Part shown: piece after piece, positions 35,261-45,720 of the stretch
How the letters are laid out: each line of letters starts with the position of its first letter
Numbering within the stretch: position 1 is the first letter of the stretch
From: Lama guanicoe
Taxonomy: Eukaryota
DNA length: 64,000 bases
NCBI GenBank assembly: GCA_013239625.1
Contig: MU053881.1
Span: 6,037,957-6,101,956 of the forward strand
Direction of reading: 5' to 3'
The notes under the pieces: generated by a model
Databases searched by the model: none
Told to the model about the DNA's origin: nothing
What the model saw: the letters and a program-made list of their open reading frames with translations, nothing else
Made by a program: the position numbers and the translations under genes

Positions 35261-36572
35261 GGGCCATAAACAGACTTCTATAGGGGAACGGCAAGGGGAT
35301 CCCAGAAGACTGGTTTCTGCCCCAGCTGGGGTCCTGACCTCCCCCTGCTCTAAGCTCCTGGGAGGAGTTTGGCCCCTACCAGGGGGCCCTCCAAGCCGTT
35401 CCCTCTTTCTCTGGGGTTCATGGAGGGTTCACAGGAGCAGCCGGACCCCGTAGGGCTCCGGCACAGATGGGAAATGGGGCCATCGCGGGCTCCGGCCAAG
35501 GGGTGGGCCCCAGAGCTCCAGCTGGAAACCCCATTTGGGGGCTGCGGGGATGTGTGTAAAACTGCTCCCTGGGTGGTTCAGGCTGGTGCAGCTCAGAGAA
35601 CAAACTGTTGTCTCTGCCATAAATCCCCTCGGCCATAAAGTTCCTTCCCCCCTGACCCCTTGGCTGGTGTGAGAAACTGAGGGCAGGGCAGGGCAGGGTG
35701 ATGACCTCCTGACTCCGGGGCCACTGGCCTCCCAGCCCACCATGTCGCTCCTTTCAAGGCTTCCCGGGCCTGCTCAGGGCCCCAACACTGAGGGACACCA
35801 GACCAGCCTGGGAGTCAGAAGCCCTGGTTCAAGACCCAGCCGTGCCCTGGTTTCCCCTTAGGTCACTGTCCCCCATCCATATCTCAGTTTCTCATTAGCA
35901 AATTGCCTTTGAGATTCCTGTCTTGCCTCTGGAGGGGACTGTGGGGGTCAAGGAAAAGGGGCAATTTAATTCACATGCTCCATCATTTAACCTCTCTGGG
36001 CCTCAGTTTCCTCACCTGTAAAACTGATAAGACCTATCTCAAGGGGTTGTGTGGATAAAGCGAGTTACTAAATGAGGTTCTGCAAGCAAAGTACAAAATC
36101 CAGCGCTTTAGAGCAAAGCTTTTTGAAAGACACGCATGTGCCTTTCCCCTTGTAAAATGTCTAAAGGATGTTCAAATGGTCATTTAACACTTTGATGACT
36201 AGGGAAAATGTGACTCATAATAATTTTGTGTATTGCCTGGAAAATGACATGATATGTTTTGTTGCACCTCATTTTCCTAGGATTTTTATTAATTTATGTT
36301 GCAAATGTGTGTATTATATAAAAATGAATGCACATGGTACAAAACTAAGACTTTATACATGACAAGCAAGCCAACGTCACACCCCAATTTCCCAGCTACC
36401 TAGTTCCCAACCAGTATTTAACAGCTTTTTGTGTATTCTTCTAGAAAACTTTATATACATACGTATATATGTAGACAAGTGAGGGAAGGAGCCAACATAC
36501 TGCTGAGTAATTGAGGTCACTGATGTGGACCACAGGGACCTGGAGAAGCAAGTGGAGAAAGCGTAGAGGAAT

Positions 36573-36760
36573 CTGTGGTGTACCATGGAGATGGCCCCCT
36601 TCAGGACCGAGGCGCTCATTCCCCAACTGCCCACGGTGTCACCTGATGATGGTGCAGAGCTGAGTCCCTCTCCAGGAACTGCCCTCAGCCAAAGCGAGCT
36701 GCCTCGCCTGAGTCTACACCCTTCCCAGGGGCAGCGCACATCCAACAACTGGCCCCCATG
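36573..36760 (+). mobile_element. LTR16-family (ERVL) LTR 5' part
   Basis: tgtggtgtacc...cccttcaggaccgaggcgctcattcccc...gctgagtccctctccaggaactgccctcagccaaag. Confidence 0.7.
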
Positions 36761-37369
36761 CCTCAAATCCAACCACCAGGAAATGCCACCCCAGCCCCAG
36801 ATGGGACTGGGAATGCCTTTGTTTCCATTGCGAGGCAGCTCAGTTTCTCCCTTTGCCCAGGCCTGCTCCCCTCACCCCCTCAGAGGACTCCCTGCCCATG
36901 ATGCAGTGGTGCAACTCTAAAAAACTTGCACTTGCTTTTTTGGGGGAAACGGGTCATTACAACAATCCTGGAAGCAGATGGCTGTTGCCAAGTGTCAGAA
37001 AAGCTATGGTGTGTTCATCAGACCAGATGAACGAGAAGTGGCGAGTATACTGGAGACCTTGGTAAGAAACCTGCCTTACAGAGAGCAGGAGGAAGACTGC
37101 ATGAAGAGTCAGGGAGCCACCCTATGGATGCTGTTTTTAGGGGTCCCGCAGTCCTGGGGCATGCTGAGTCAACTCCCTTGAAGGAAAGAACAACTTACTG
37201 CATCTCACAGGCGCACCATGAAGAAGGGAGCATGGTGCCTGGTGCACGTTTCACACTTGGCAATACTGTCCTGATCCATTGACCAAGTGACATGGAGGCT
37301 GGGCTGTGCATGGGAGGTGAGCAAGGAAGGGAGGCGAGCAAGGAAGGGAGCAAGCAGTCAATACGATCC

Positions 37370-37530
37370 TGAGCTCTGAAGCCAGGATGATGGGGCACCT
37401 GTGTTTCCATCACTTACGGCTCTGTGACCTCAGTGGGGGTAGTAACGGTGCCTCCCTTGAGGCTGCAGGGAGTTAGTACATCTAAAGCTTGTAGAAAAGC
37501 TCCTGACACATGGTAAATGCTTATTAACTG
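37370..37530 (+). mobile_element. MIR SINE (internally deleted)
   Basis: gctctgaagccag...cacttacggctctgtgacct...cctgacacatggtaaatgcttattaa. Confidence 0.65.
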
Positions 37531-37874
37531 ACTATAAATGACAGAGTGGCAATCAAAACCCAGGCTTAAGCCAAAGGTCCTTTCCACTGCACCACCCAAG
37601 AGATGGGACCAAATGGCACTAAAGCCAAGGAAAGCATGAGCTGCCCAACCTGGGTCGGCAACAGGGATGCCGCAGCAGTCATGGGGCAGCTCAGAGCCGA
37701 GGAAGACAGGAGGAGAGAGCGAAGCAGCTTCTGCGGCTTCAGCAAACACAGCCTGTGAGCTGCAGATTAGAGTTACCAGAGTCTAGGCTGGCCCAGGTGG
37801 GCTGCGGAAGTCAAGGCAGGTGACACGAGACACCACAGTAACACTGGTAGTAATAATACGTAGGCAGACAACAC

Positions 37875-38075
37875 AGGGGTGCGGGTAAGAGGTATAAACT
37901 ATTAGGTATAAAATAAGCTGCAAGGATGCATCGTACAGCATGGGGAATAAAGCCGATATTTTACAATAACTATAAATGGAGTATAATCTTTAAATACTGT
38001 GAACCACTATACTATACACCTGTAACTTATATCACACAGCACCCATACTTCAATTTAAAAAAAAATAAAATTTAA
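37875..38075 (+). mobile_element. L1 3' end (laurasiatherian type)
   Basis: gaggtataaactattaggtataaaataagctgcaagg...ataactataaatggagtataa...atacttcaatttaaaaaaaa. Confidence 0.85.
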
Positions 38076-38079
38076 AATA

Positions 38080-38475
38080 TTAACTATAAATAAAAAGCCC
38101 CAAATACCCTGTGGCTTAACCAAAGGTAAACTTACTTCTCACTCATGTCAGGTCCCATGACGGTGAGAGGTTGGTGGCTCTGCTTTAGGAGGTCACTCAG
38201 GGACCCAGGATTTTCCATCCTGTGGCTCCAGCATCTCCCAGCACCTCAGAGTCTGCTGGAGCATCTGCAAACGGCCAGGAAATGGGAGAAGAGAGATGCA
38301 CAAAGGATCCCGCAAGGAGGCTTTGGGGCCAAGCGGTGGCCCCATCACTGCCACCGCACTCTGTGGGGCAGATCTCAGTCACGGCCTCACTTAGCTGCAA
38401 GGGGGTGGGGAAGTGTAGACTAGCTGTGATCCCAGGGAATAAGAGAAAACAGATTTGGGGCACAGGTCGCCCTAG
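38080..38475 (-). mobile_element. MaLR (MLT1-like) LTR
   Basis: ctgtggcttaaccaaaggtaaacttacttctcactcatg...ggtcactcagggacccagg...gctgcaagggggtggggaagtgtag. Confidence 0.7.
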
Positions 38476-40172
38476 GCTTTGAGCAGGGAGACCAGAATGA
38501 TGCTTCCTCCAGGCCATCCTTATGCTTGGCCCACAGCTAAGCACTCGGAAGTCCTCACAGACGCCTGCCTCCGCGCAGCGCTAACGTGCAGCTGGGACTC
38601 CCAGGACAGAGGCTGTTTACAGCCCATGGCCGCTGTGCTGGGTCAGAGCCTTTCCAGGCACTCACTGTACTGAACGCAGCCCTGCCTCCCCTGGCTTAGA
38701 ACGCTTCCCAGTTGGGGTGGAGATTCACCATAGTCATTCATCAGCATCTGAATGCTGGAATTAGACCATTTGGGGTGAACCCAGCCTCTGCCCTTTGCTA
38801 GCTGGGTGACCTTGCTCAAGTCACTTAACCTTAACCTTGTCTTGTTTACCCAGGCTCTGTGACCAGAGCCCAGCGGAATCAAGATGAGATCATACATGTC
38901 CAGCCCAGTGCCGGGTGTACGGCAAGGACTCGTGTAATTAGCATCAGTCTTATTCCAACTTTTATTCCAGGTCAGTCAGCCTAACCCAGAAATACCAGCA
39001 ACGGGAAGATCTAGAAAGAACGTGAGGCAGAGCTGATGGGCAGGCGGGGAAATGGGGATCTGGGGTCATCACTTTCTCAGTCAGAGGGGCCAAGGGAACA
39101 CCCTCCTGACCTCCACTCAGCTCGCCCAGGCACGGGGCCAGGAGGCTTGCTCTGCTCTTTCCCCTGGAAGACCCCAGCCTGCTCCCTGGCTGCCCTGCTT
39201 CCAGCCAGCCCGCTCTGATCCATCCTCCACACTTCCTGTCCAGGGGGATCCGTCGAAAGCACAACCTCGGCGAGCTGCCCTGCCTGAAGCCGTGGTCCTC
39301 ACCATGTTCAGGACGGAGCTGGAGTCCTTGCGAGTCTGCGCTGTTCACCCTGATCCTGAGCCCGTTCCACCCCCTAGTGCACACCGCACCCACATAACAC
39401 CTGCTTTTTTATGCTCCAGCAACTCTGATTTTCTTTCAGTTTCCAGAATTCAGCAGGCACTCACTTTCTCTCTCACTGTGAGCCTTGGTACATGCTGGTC
39501 CTTTGGCCGGAAATGGTCTTTCCCCATCCCCACCTAGCTAACTCCCACTCATCCTGCAGAGCCCAGCCTTAGATTTCATCTCTCCCAGGAACCAGATTCA
39601 TGGTCGCTGGAGATTTTGTGTTACACGACCCCCTTCATCTACTCCTGCAGCCCTCTGTCCTCTCCCCGACTCTGCATGCCAGTTTACTCTGAATGAATGG
39701 AGTGCTTTTATAACACTGCTCTGCGTTATAATTTGAGATGCCTCAACATTCAACTTCAGCTTCAAAATTCACCCCAAATACGCTATGTGGCTTCCGCCTT
39801 GGAAAGCCAATAACCAAACGCCAACCTCACTGTCATTTTTAGCAACCCTAAACTGTATGTGATAACTGGTCATGTATCATGTAGGTTTCCCATCACATCC
39901 AATCGCTGCAACAGCATCCGTAATACAGACAAGACACACCATTGTTAATATCTGAATATTTGCTTCCGGACACAAGCAATGATGCCAAATGTAACTCCGA
40001 GTGGAAATTGCCTTGGAGGATTTACGTCGTATCAGTCAGTGAAAGGGTGATGCATCATTACAAGCAGAAAAGCCTTCATAATTCATGACACTTGTGAACG
40101 CTGTTCATTTTGCGTACAAAAACAATCATTAAGAAAGTTCGGATAGTTCATTAAAGTTAACAAATTGACAGC

Positions 40173-40611
40173 TGTTGGAAGACACCTGCCTGTGGGTCTC
40201 TCATTTTTCTACATACCTTAGGAGCCGAGTTCTGATTTTCCTTTCCATCCTGGAAGAGAGATTTGGTGTCTCCCTCCAGAGCAGTGAGTGTGTCTCCCAA
40301 CCAGTATAACAGAGAAAATGTCTCCCTTCAGAGCAAAAGTCAGGCGAGATTTCTGCCCATTTTAAGGATCCAGTTCCCTCCACTTGGGGCTCCTCAGCGG
40401 TGACACAAACCCACTGCATGCACAGCAGCCACCTGGCCCTTCCAGTCCCTGCACATCAGTCATATTCATGCTGCCTGCTCTGTTGTAGGTAAAAATGTCT
40501 TTTGCCTCTGACCAAGGAGTTTTGTGTCTTCTGCCAGCATCCATGAAGCAGCGCAGGCCAACTTGTTAACTTATTAGTAGGTAACATTCAGACCCTTTAC
40601 AGCTCTTGACA
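40173..40611 (+). mobile_element. ERV1-class solo LTR (MER90-like, name tentative)
   Basis: TG...CA ends (tgttggaag...cttgaca); 3' part tgtcttctgccagcatccatgaa...aacttgttaac...cagaccctttacagctcttgaca. Confidence 0.6.
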
Positions 40612-40684
40612 GCAGTTTATTTGAATATTAAGAAAGAGTTTGTCTTAGGTCAGGTTCCTTGGGAAACTGGCTCTGAGATTGGAA

Positions 40685-40742
40685 GTTGGATGGATGGATG
40701 TATGGATGGAGGGGTGGATGGATATGTGGATGGACAGATGGA
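40685..40742. repeat. (GGAT)n simple repeat
   Basis: ggatggatggatgtatggatggaggggtggatggatatgtggatgg. Confidence 0.85.
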
Positions 40743-41428
40743 GAAAAAAGGAAGGACTCCTCTTGGGGGTTCAGGCAGGAGAGGTGCATTGTCTCCCCAG
40801 GCCTGGAGAAGGGAGGCAGGTATGAAGCAGCAGATGATGGGTGAATTCTCATGTGCCGCTGCCTGACCCAGCACGTCTCCTGTTTCCAGTCTGCACACTG
40901 ACCCTCTCTAAGGAGGGCTGCGATTAAACCCAGCTGAACACTGAACCCCGGGGATGGGAACTCCACAAATTCTGCCCCCCTAACTGACAGGCAGATGGGG
41001 TTGTCAAACTCAGAGAGGGAAGGCTGCCCAGGATCAGGGCACAGACCGCCCCCCTCGGCTGAAGGCTTTAATCGAGGGATTATGCACATGACTGTTTTTG
41101 GCCAGGTGAAATTTGCGAAAAGCAGACAGGGCTCAAAATGCAGCAGAAACCTGCTTTGGATTTACAAAGCAGACCTCCATGAGAGTGGAGGGGGGCTGAC
41201 TGGAGAGCTCCCTTTCCAAGAGTGGAGGAAGGTGGAGGAAAGTGGAGAAAAAAGGTGGGGGAGGACTCACCCCTCCCACACACCCACTGCGTGTCAGGTA
41301 GGATGCTGAGAGGCTTAGAAATGGCAGCTCCAAACTCCAGTCACCCCTCCACCACCTCCATGTGCAAGGACCACCTGTATGTTGCTACTGATAAGAACTC
41401 AAGCTCCCATCAGTAGGAATCATAACTG

Positions 41429-41669
41429 CAGTGAGGGCAGCAAACTTTCTATAAAAAAAGAGCCAGATAGTAAATATCCTGGGTTTGTGAGCCATGTGGC
41501 CTCTTGTCCAACAATCCAATCCCACTCGGCCATTGTGGTGTGAAAATAGTCACAGACAATCTGTCAACAAATGCATGGAGCTGTGTGCCAATAAAACTTT
41601 ATTTGTATAAATAAAATATATTTTATTTTGAACTAGATTTGACCCACAGGCCATAGTTTGCTCACCCCA
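41429..41669. mobile_element. MER58A-like hAT-Charlie MITE
   Basis: gcaaactttct...gccagatagtaaatat...gctgtgtgccaataaaactttatt...gatttgacccacaggccatagtttgctcacccc with inverted ends. Confidence 0.8.
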
Positions 41670-41883
41670 ATATAGACTTAAGGTTATAAAACACTGTAGC
41701 CTATTTTAAATATTAGCATTGAACAAATTAAAGATTTTTCAACCCATGAAATACAAGATAGCCCCAAGGTAATTTCAGGACCTTTTAAGAGTATCAATTC
41801 ATATAGCACCACAGGCAGGGCAGGGTAGTATGTTGTATAGGGAAACCTGTTAACCCCATCAGGGTGGTTCTGGGGCAGCCCGT

Positions 41884-42068
41884 GGAGTGGCCAGATAGTA
41901 CACAGGGTGCCCAGGAAAATTTAAATTTCAGGTAAATGACAAATAATGTTTTAATAAATGTATGTTCATGCTTAATAGTTAGAAGGAACTAGAATATTTG
42001 GAACATATACTAAAAATAAATTGTTGTGTTTCTGGAAACATTTTTATTTGCTAAATCTGGCAATCTTA
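41884..42068. mobile_element. MER53-like hAT MITE
   Basis: ggccagata...caggg..cccagg aaaatttaaatttcag ... tttttatttgctaaatctggcaatc with inverted termini. Confidence 0.7.
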
Positions 42069-42349
42069 ACAGTATGTGTAATCTCATGAGAAGAAACCGT
42101 TGAATGTCTGTCTATACCTATGGCCTTGCACAATTGTGAGGCCAGGGCCAAATGGAACTGGTGTCCCCAGAGTCCCACCCCGACCCCACAAAGACCCCGG
42201 GGCCAAAGTAGAGAAGTCACCCCTGAAGTGGGCAGATCTAGGTTCATACCTCAACTGCTTGGCACTTAGCAGGAGCCCCATAAGTTTTAGTTGGGGTTTC
42301 CATTCGTTTGTGTCCTGATATGTTTTACACGCCTTTCGTAAATTCTATC

Positions 42350-42700
42350 ACCGGTTCTGTGATCTTGACCAAGTTCCCTGACTTCTCCTGAGCCTTAGTT
42401 TTCCCATCTGTAAAACGCGGATAACAAAAGAAGACCCTCTTTCAGGGGGTTGTGGTATGAATTAAATGAACCAATGCTTGTCAAATACTTAGCATGGTGC
42501 AAGCTGGCAATTAACATGCTCCCTGTGATTTTTAGTAAAAGCATAATAATAACTCACTCATGCGTCCACTAAATCCTCAAAACAATCAGAGAGGTGGCTA
42601 TTAAGATCCCCATTTGACAGATCAGATAAACTGAGGCTCCAAGAAGCGAGGTCACTCACAAGAAATAAGCAGCAGTGATGGGATTTGACCCTGCAGCCCG
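42350..42700. mobile_element. Two adjacent oppositely oriented MIRs
   Basis: Plus: cttagttttcccatctgtaaaac (about 42350-42520); minus: cccatttgacagatcagataaactgaggctc (about 42545-42700). Confidence 0.75.
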
Positions 42701-43279
42701 GCAACAGTCACCTCAGTGACGGGCAGGGCTGGGCCAGCTCCACACAGCCAGGCCATAAAAGGCAGGCCAGGCTGCGGCGTGCCCTCCACAGATCCCAGAC
42801 ACAAGCCCCCCATCCCCACACCCCTGTGTGCTAAGCAAGTTCCCAGCTGCCCGGCAGGGGACAGACACTTGCCTGGAGAACAGGCACATTTTCACCTGGG
42901 TCAGGCTGAACTGCCAGGGTTTTCCCAGCTGCTGCAGAGAAGACGGGGAGAATCCTTTTGTCTCTCAAATATCTTCCTTCCTCAACACTGAGGACCTCTC
43001 ACAGTGCCCTAGACAGGAGTCTTTCCTTGTATTTTGCCTGCGCATCATCTTTATTCATTTCCAGTCCTTACCTGACCCTGAACGTCTCTCTGGCAGCCCA
43101 GGACAGGCTTGAAATCATCCCATCAATGATGTGTCATGATTTGCTTAGTGCTAGTCTTCACCACCGAGCTCCGTGGGGGGCGAGACTTCGTCTGTGTGAT
43201 CCTGCTCCATCCCAGAGCCTGGCGCCAGTGGAACCCCCTAAATTTGCTGAATGACTGACAAACTGAGGCAACTAATATC

Positions 43280-43400
43280 TTTCAGGCGTATTCTGTGTCC
43301 TGGCTCATTTATCTTCTTTTCCTCATTGCATCATCATACCAGTTCTTTGAGGTTAGAACTAGCACTCCCATTTTACAGATGAGGAAACTGAGGTTCACGG
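43280..43400 (-). mobile_element. MIR SINE
   Basis: ccccattttacagatgaggaaactgaggttca, near-consensus MIR core. Confidence 0.85.
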
Positions 43401-44139
43401 CCATAGTCACAGAAAGCACCATGACAGGGCAGTAAGAATGTGGGCTCTGCCACTTGCTGGCTATGTAATTACAGGCAAATTCCAAATCTGTATTATGGGA
43501 ACAATCACCTTACCTACTTCTGTCATTATAGAGAATGATAGAAAGTACTCAGCTCAGCCTCAGGAACACAATTAATATCCTGTAATTATTAAAGTTAAGA
43601 CTTTTATGAGTTATTAACACAATCAATACCATGTAATTATTAGGGTTATGATTCATGCACCTGGTAAGTGTGGAGCTGCATCAGAGGGAAGCAAGACAAG
43701 AAAAGGGGGGTGGGGGTGGGGCTGGAGATCACTGGACCTTTTCCTAAAAAGAAAGGCCTGGCTTTGCCATTCCTGACTCAGCCGACCGAGTTACCCCACC
43801 ACCCCAGGCTGGGGCGGGGGCAGGCCGTGCTAAGAACTGAATGGGAGAGGAAAGGAAAGGGGTAGCCCAGGGTCTGGGCTTTTCTGCCCCCCTGAATAGC
43901 CATTCATCTCTGTTCTCCCCCAAACCTGGAATGAAAGCTTCTTGCCTCCAGGAAAAGGTGTAGGACTCAGGGTGGCTGAGTCCTCCCAAGGGAGCCCCGT
44001 TTCCAGGAGCACCTCTAGCTCAACAAGCATTGCGGGAAAGACCGCAGTTCTGGGGCAGGACCCACCTGAGGTCAAATCCAGGCTGGTCCACATGGACGTG
44101 TGACCTTGGGCAGGCAGCTTCAGACCTTGGGCCTCAGTT

Positions 44140-44268
44140 CCATTTTGGGGGTGGGGGCATGTAATTAGGTTTATTCATTTAATTTTTTTTTAAAGGAGGT
44201 ACTGGGGATTGAACCCAGGATCTTGTGCATGCTAAGCACGCGCTCTACGCTTGAGCTATACCCTCCTG
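44140..44268 (-). mobile_element. vic-1-type SINE inserted in a MIR, 13-bp TSD
   Basis: ggggattgaacccaggatcttgtgcatgctaagcacgcgctctacgcttgagctataccctcc; TSD cttgggcctcagt at 44126-44138 and 44269-44281. Confidence 0.9.
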
Positions 44269-45569
44269 CTTGGGCCTCAGTCTGAGCCACAGAATGAGTA
44301 CAGAAAACACACCATACTGGGTTGCTGTGGGAATCAAATGAAACTAATGTAAGAAAGGCAGCCGGCACACACTAGGCGCTCCACCAACGTCAGGTGGAGT
44401 TCCCTCCCTCCCTCTGCTCCTGCATGTGTCTCCCGGTCCCCATCTCCCTCCAGGTCTCCCTCTCTTCCCCGCTCGTCTCAGGGCAGGAGTTGGAAGGCAC
44501 TAGAAGCCCATCTTGGAGGCAAGCCGTAGGCCCTGCAGAAGGGATCTAGGGCCAAGCATAACATCAGATTATTAAAAATGTGGATTGTAAACACCAGCAT
44601 AACCGGCCAGAACACAGTGGCCACCAGACCACAGCCCAGCTGCTCCTCATGCCCAGGGCCACACCTCCTGCTGCCCCTGGACCTGGGATGGGCCCAGCTC
44701 CACAGGCACCGGGCACAGGCTGGTGTGTTTTCCCAGAGCTGAGCCCAGGGGCCCTGGCCAAACACTGTCCTCATAGTCAGAAGGCCTGGGGAACAGCTAC
44801 GGGGTCTGTCCTCAGAGGGGCAAGGGCCTCTCACTCAACCCACCCCCTGCTCTTGGCCATCAGACAAGCCCTAAGGAGGTAGCCAGACGCCAGGCCCCAC
44901 AGGGACTCTGCTCTGGCAACGTGGCGCTTGGTGCGGCACACAGACCCGGATGGGAGCACCAGCATCCCCAGGTAGCTGCTGGGTGAGCTCAGGCATGTCG
45001 CTTTACTTCTCTGAGCCCCAGGGTGCTTACCTAAAAGATGAGGATTTTAAGGGTCACCCCCTCCTCAAATTGTGGTGTGAGGGTTAAATGAGATAATTCA
45101 TTTCACCACACAGTGTCTGGCAGAATAAAAGCATACCCTTGGTTCAGCCCCAAGCTCCACAAGATTGAGGCTGGAGACCAAGGTGGTCCCATCATAACTG
45201 GGGACCACGTGATCACTGGAGTCACCAATTTCGTTAGCACTCGAAGAGGAGCAGCCTGGGGGGAAGGGGTGAGTGAGTGGGCTTTGGAGCCAAACAGCTA
45301 GATTGGAACCCCAAGCCTGTGATGTCCAGTTGTCACTGCCCTAGCTGAGCCCCAGATATGGCCTAGCTGCCTGGCTTCATTTACTCACTGAAGAAATTAT
45401 TGAAGTGATTCTTGAGTACCTACAATGTGTGCAGCTCTGCCACCGATGGAAGCATCAGGCTGGGTTCCTTCCTCAAGGCTGTTGTAACGATTCAGGGAGA
45501 TACTGTGTGGACGACGCCTGGTGTTTGGCGAGCAACCAGTAGGTCGTCTGTCCCACGTTGATTACTGTC

Positions 45570-45720
45570 TGCCTCTCCCGTCCTTTTCCTCCTTCCTCCC
45601 TGCCTCCCTCTCCCTTCTTCCTGCCCTTCCTGCTTCCCTCTATCCCTTGATGACTCCTCCTCCCTCCCTCTCGTCCTCCCTCCCTCCTTCCTTCTGTCCT
45701 TCGCTCTTTCCCTCCTTCCT
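45570..45720. repeat. Polypyrimidine (CCT/CCTT) low-complexity tract
   Basis: About 150 bp almost entirely C/T on the plus strand. Confidence 0.85.

Noticed and set aside
36978..37061. 84-nt in-frame exon-like segment with TTG|gtaaga donor
   Set aside because: No polypyrimidine tract at the putative acceptor and an unrecognised peptide
42350..43590. Inverted MIR pairs as possible dsRNA hairpins
   Set aside because: Copies are too diverged for stable pairing, and such pairs are common at this MIR density
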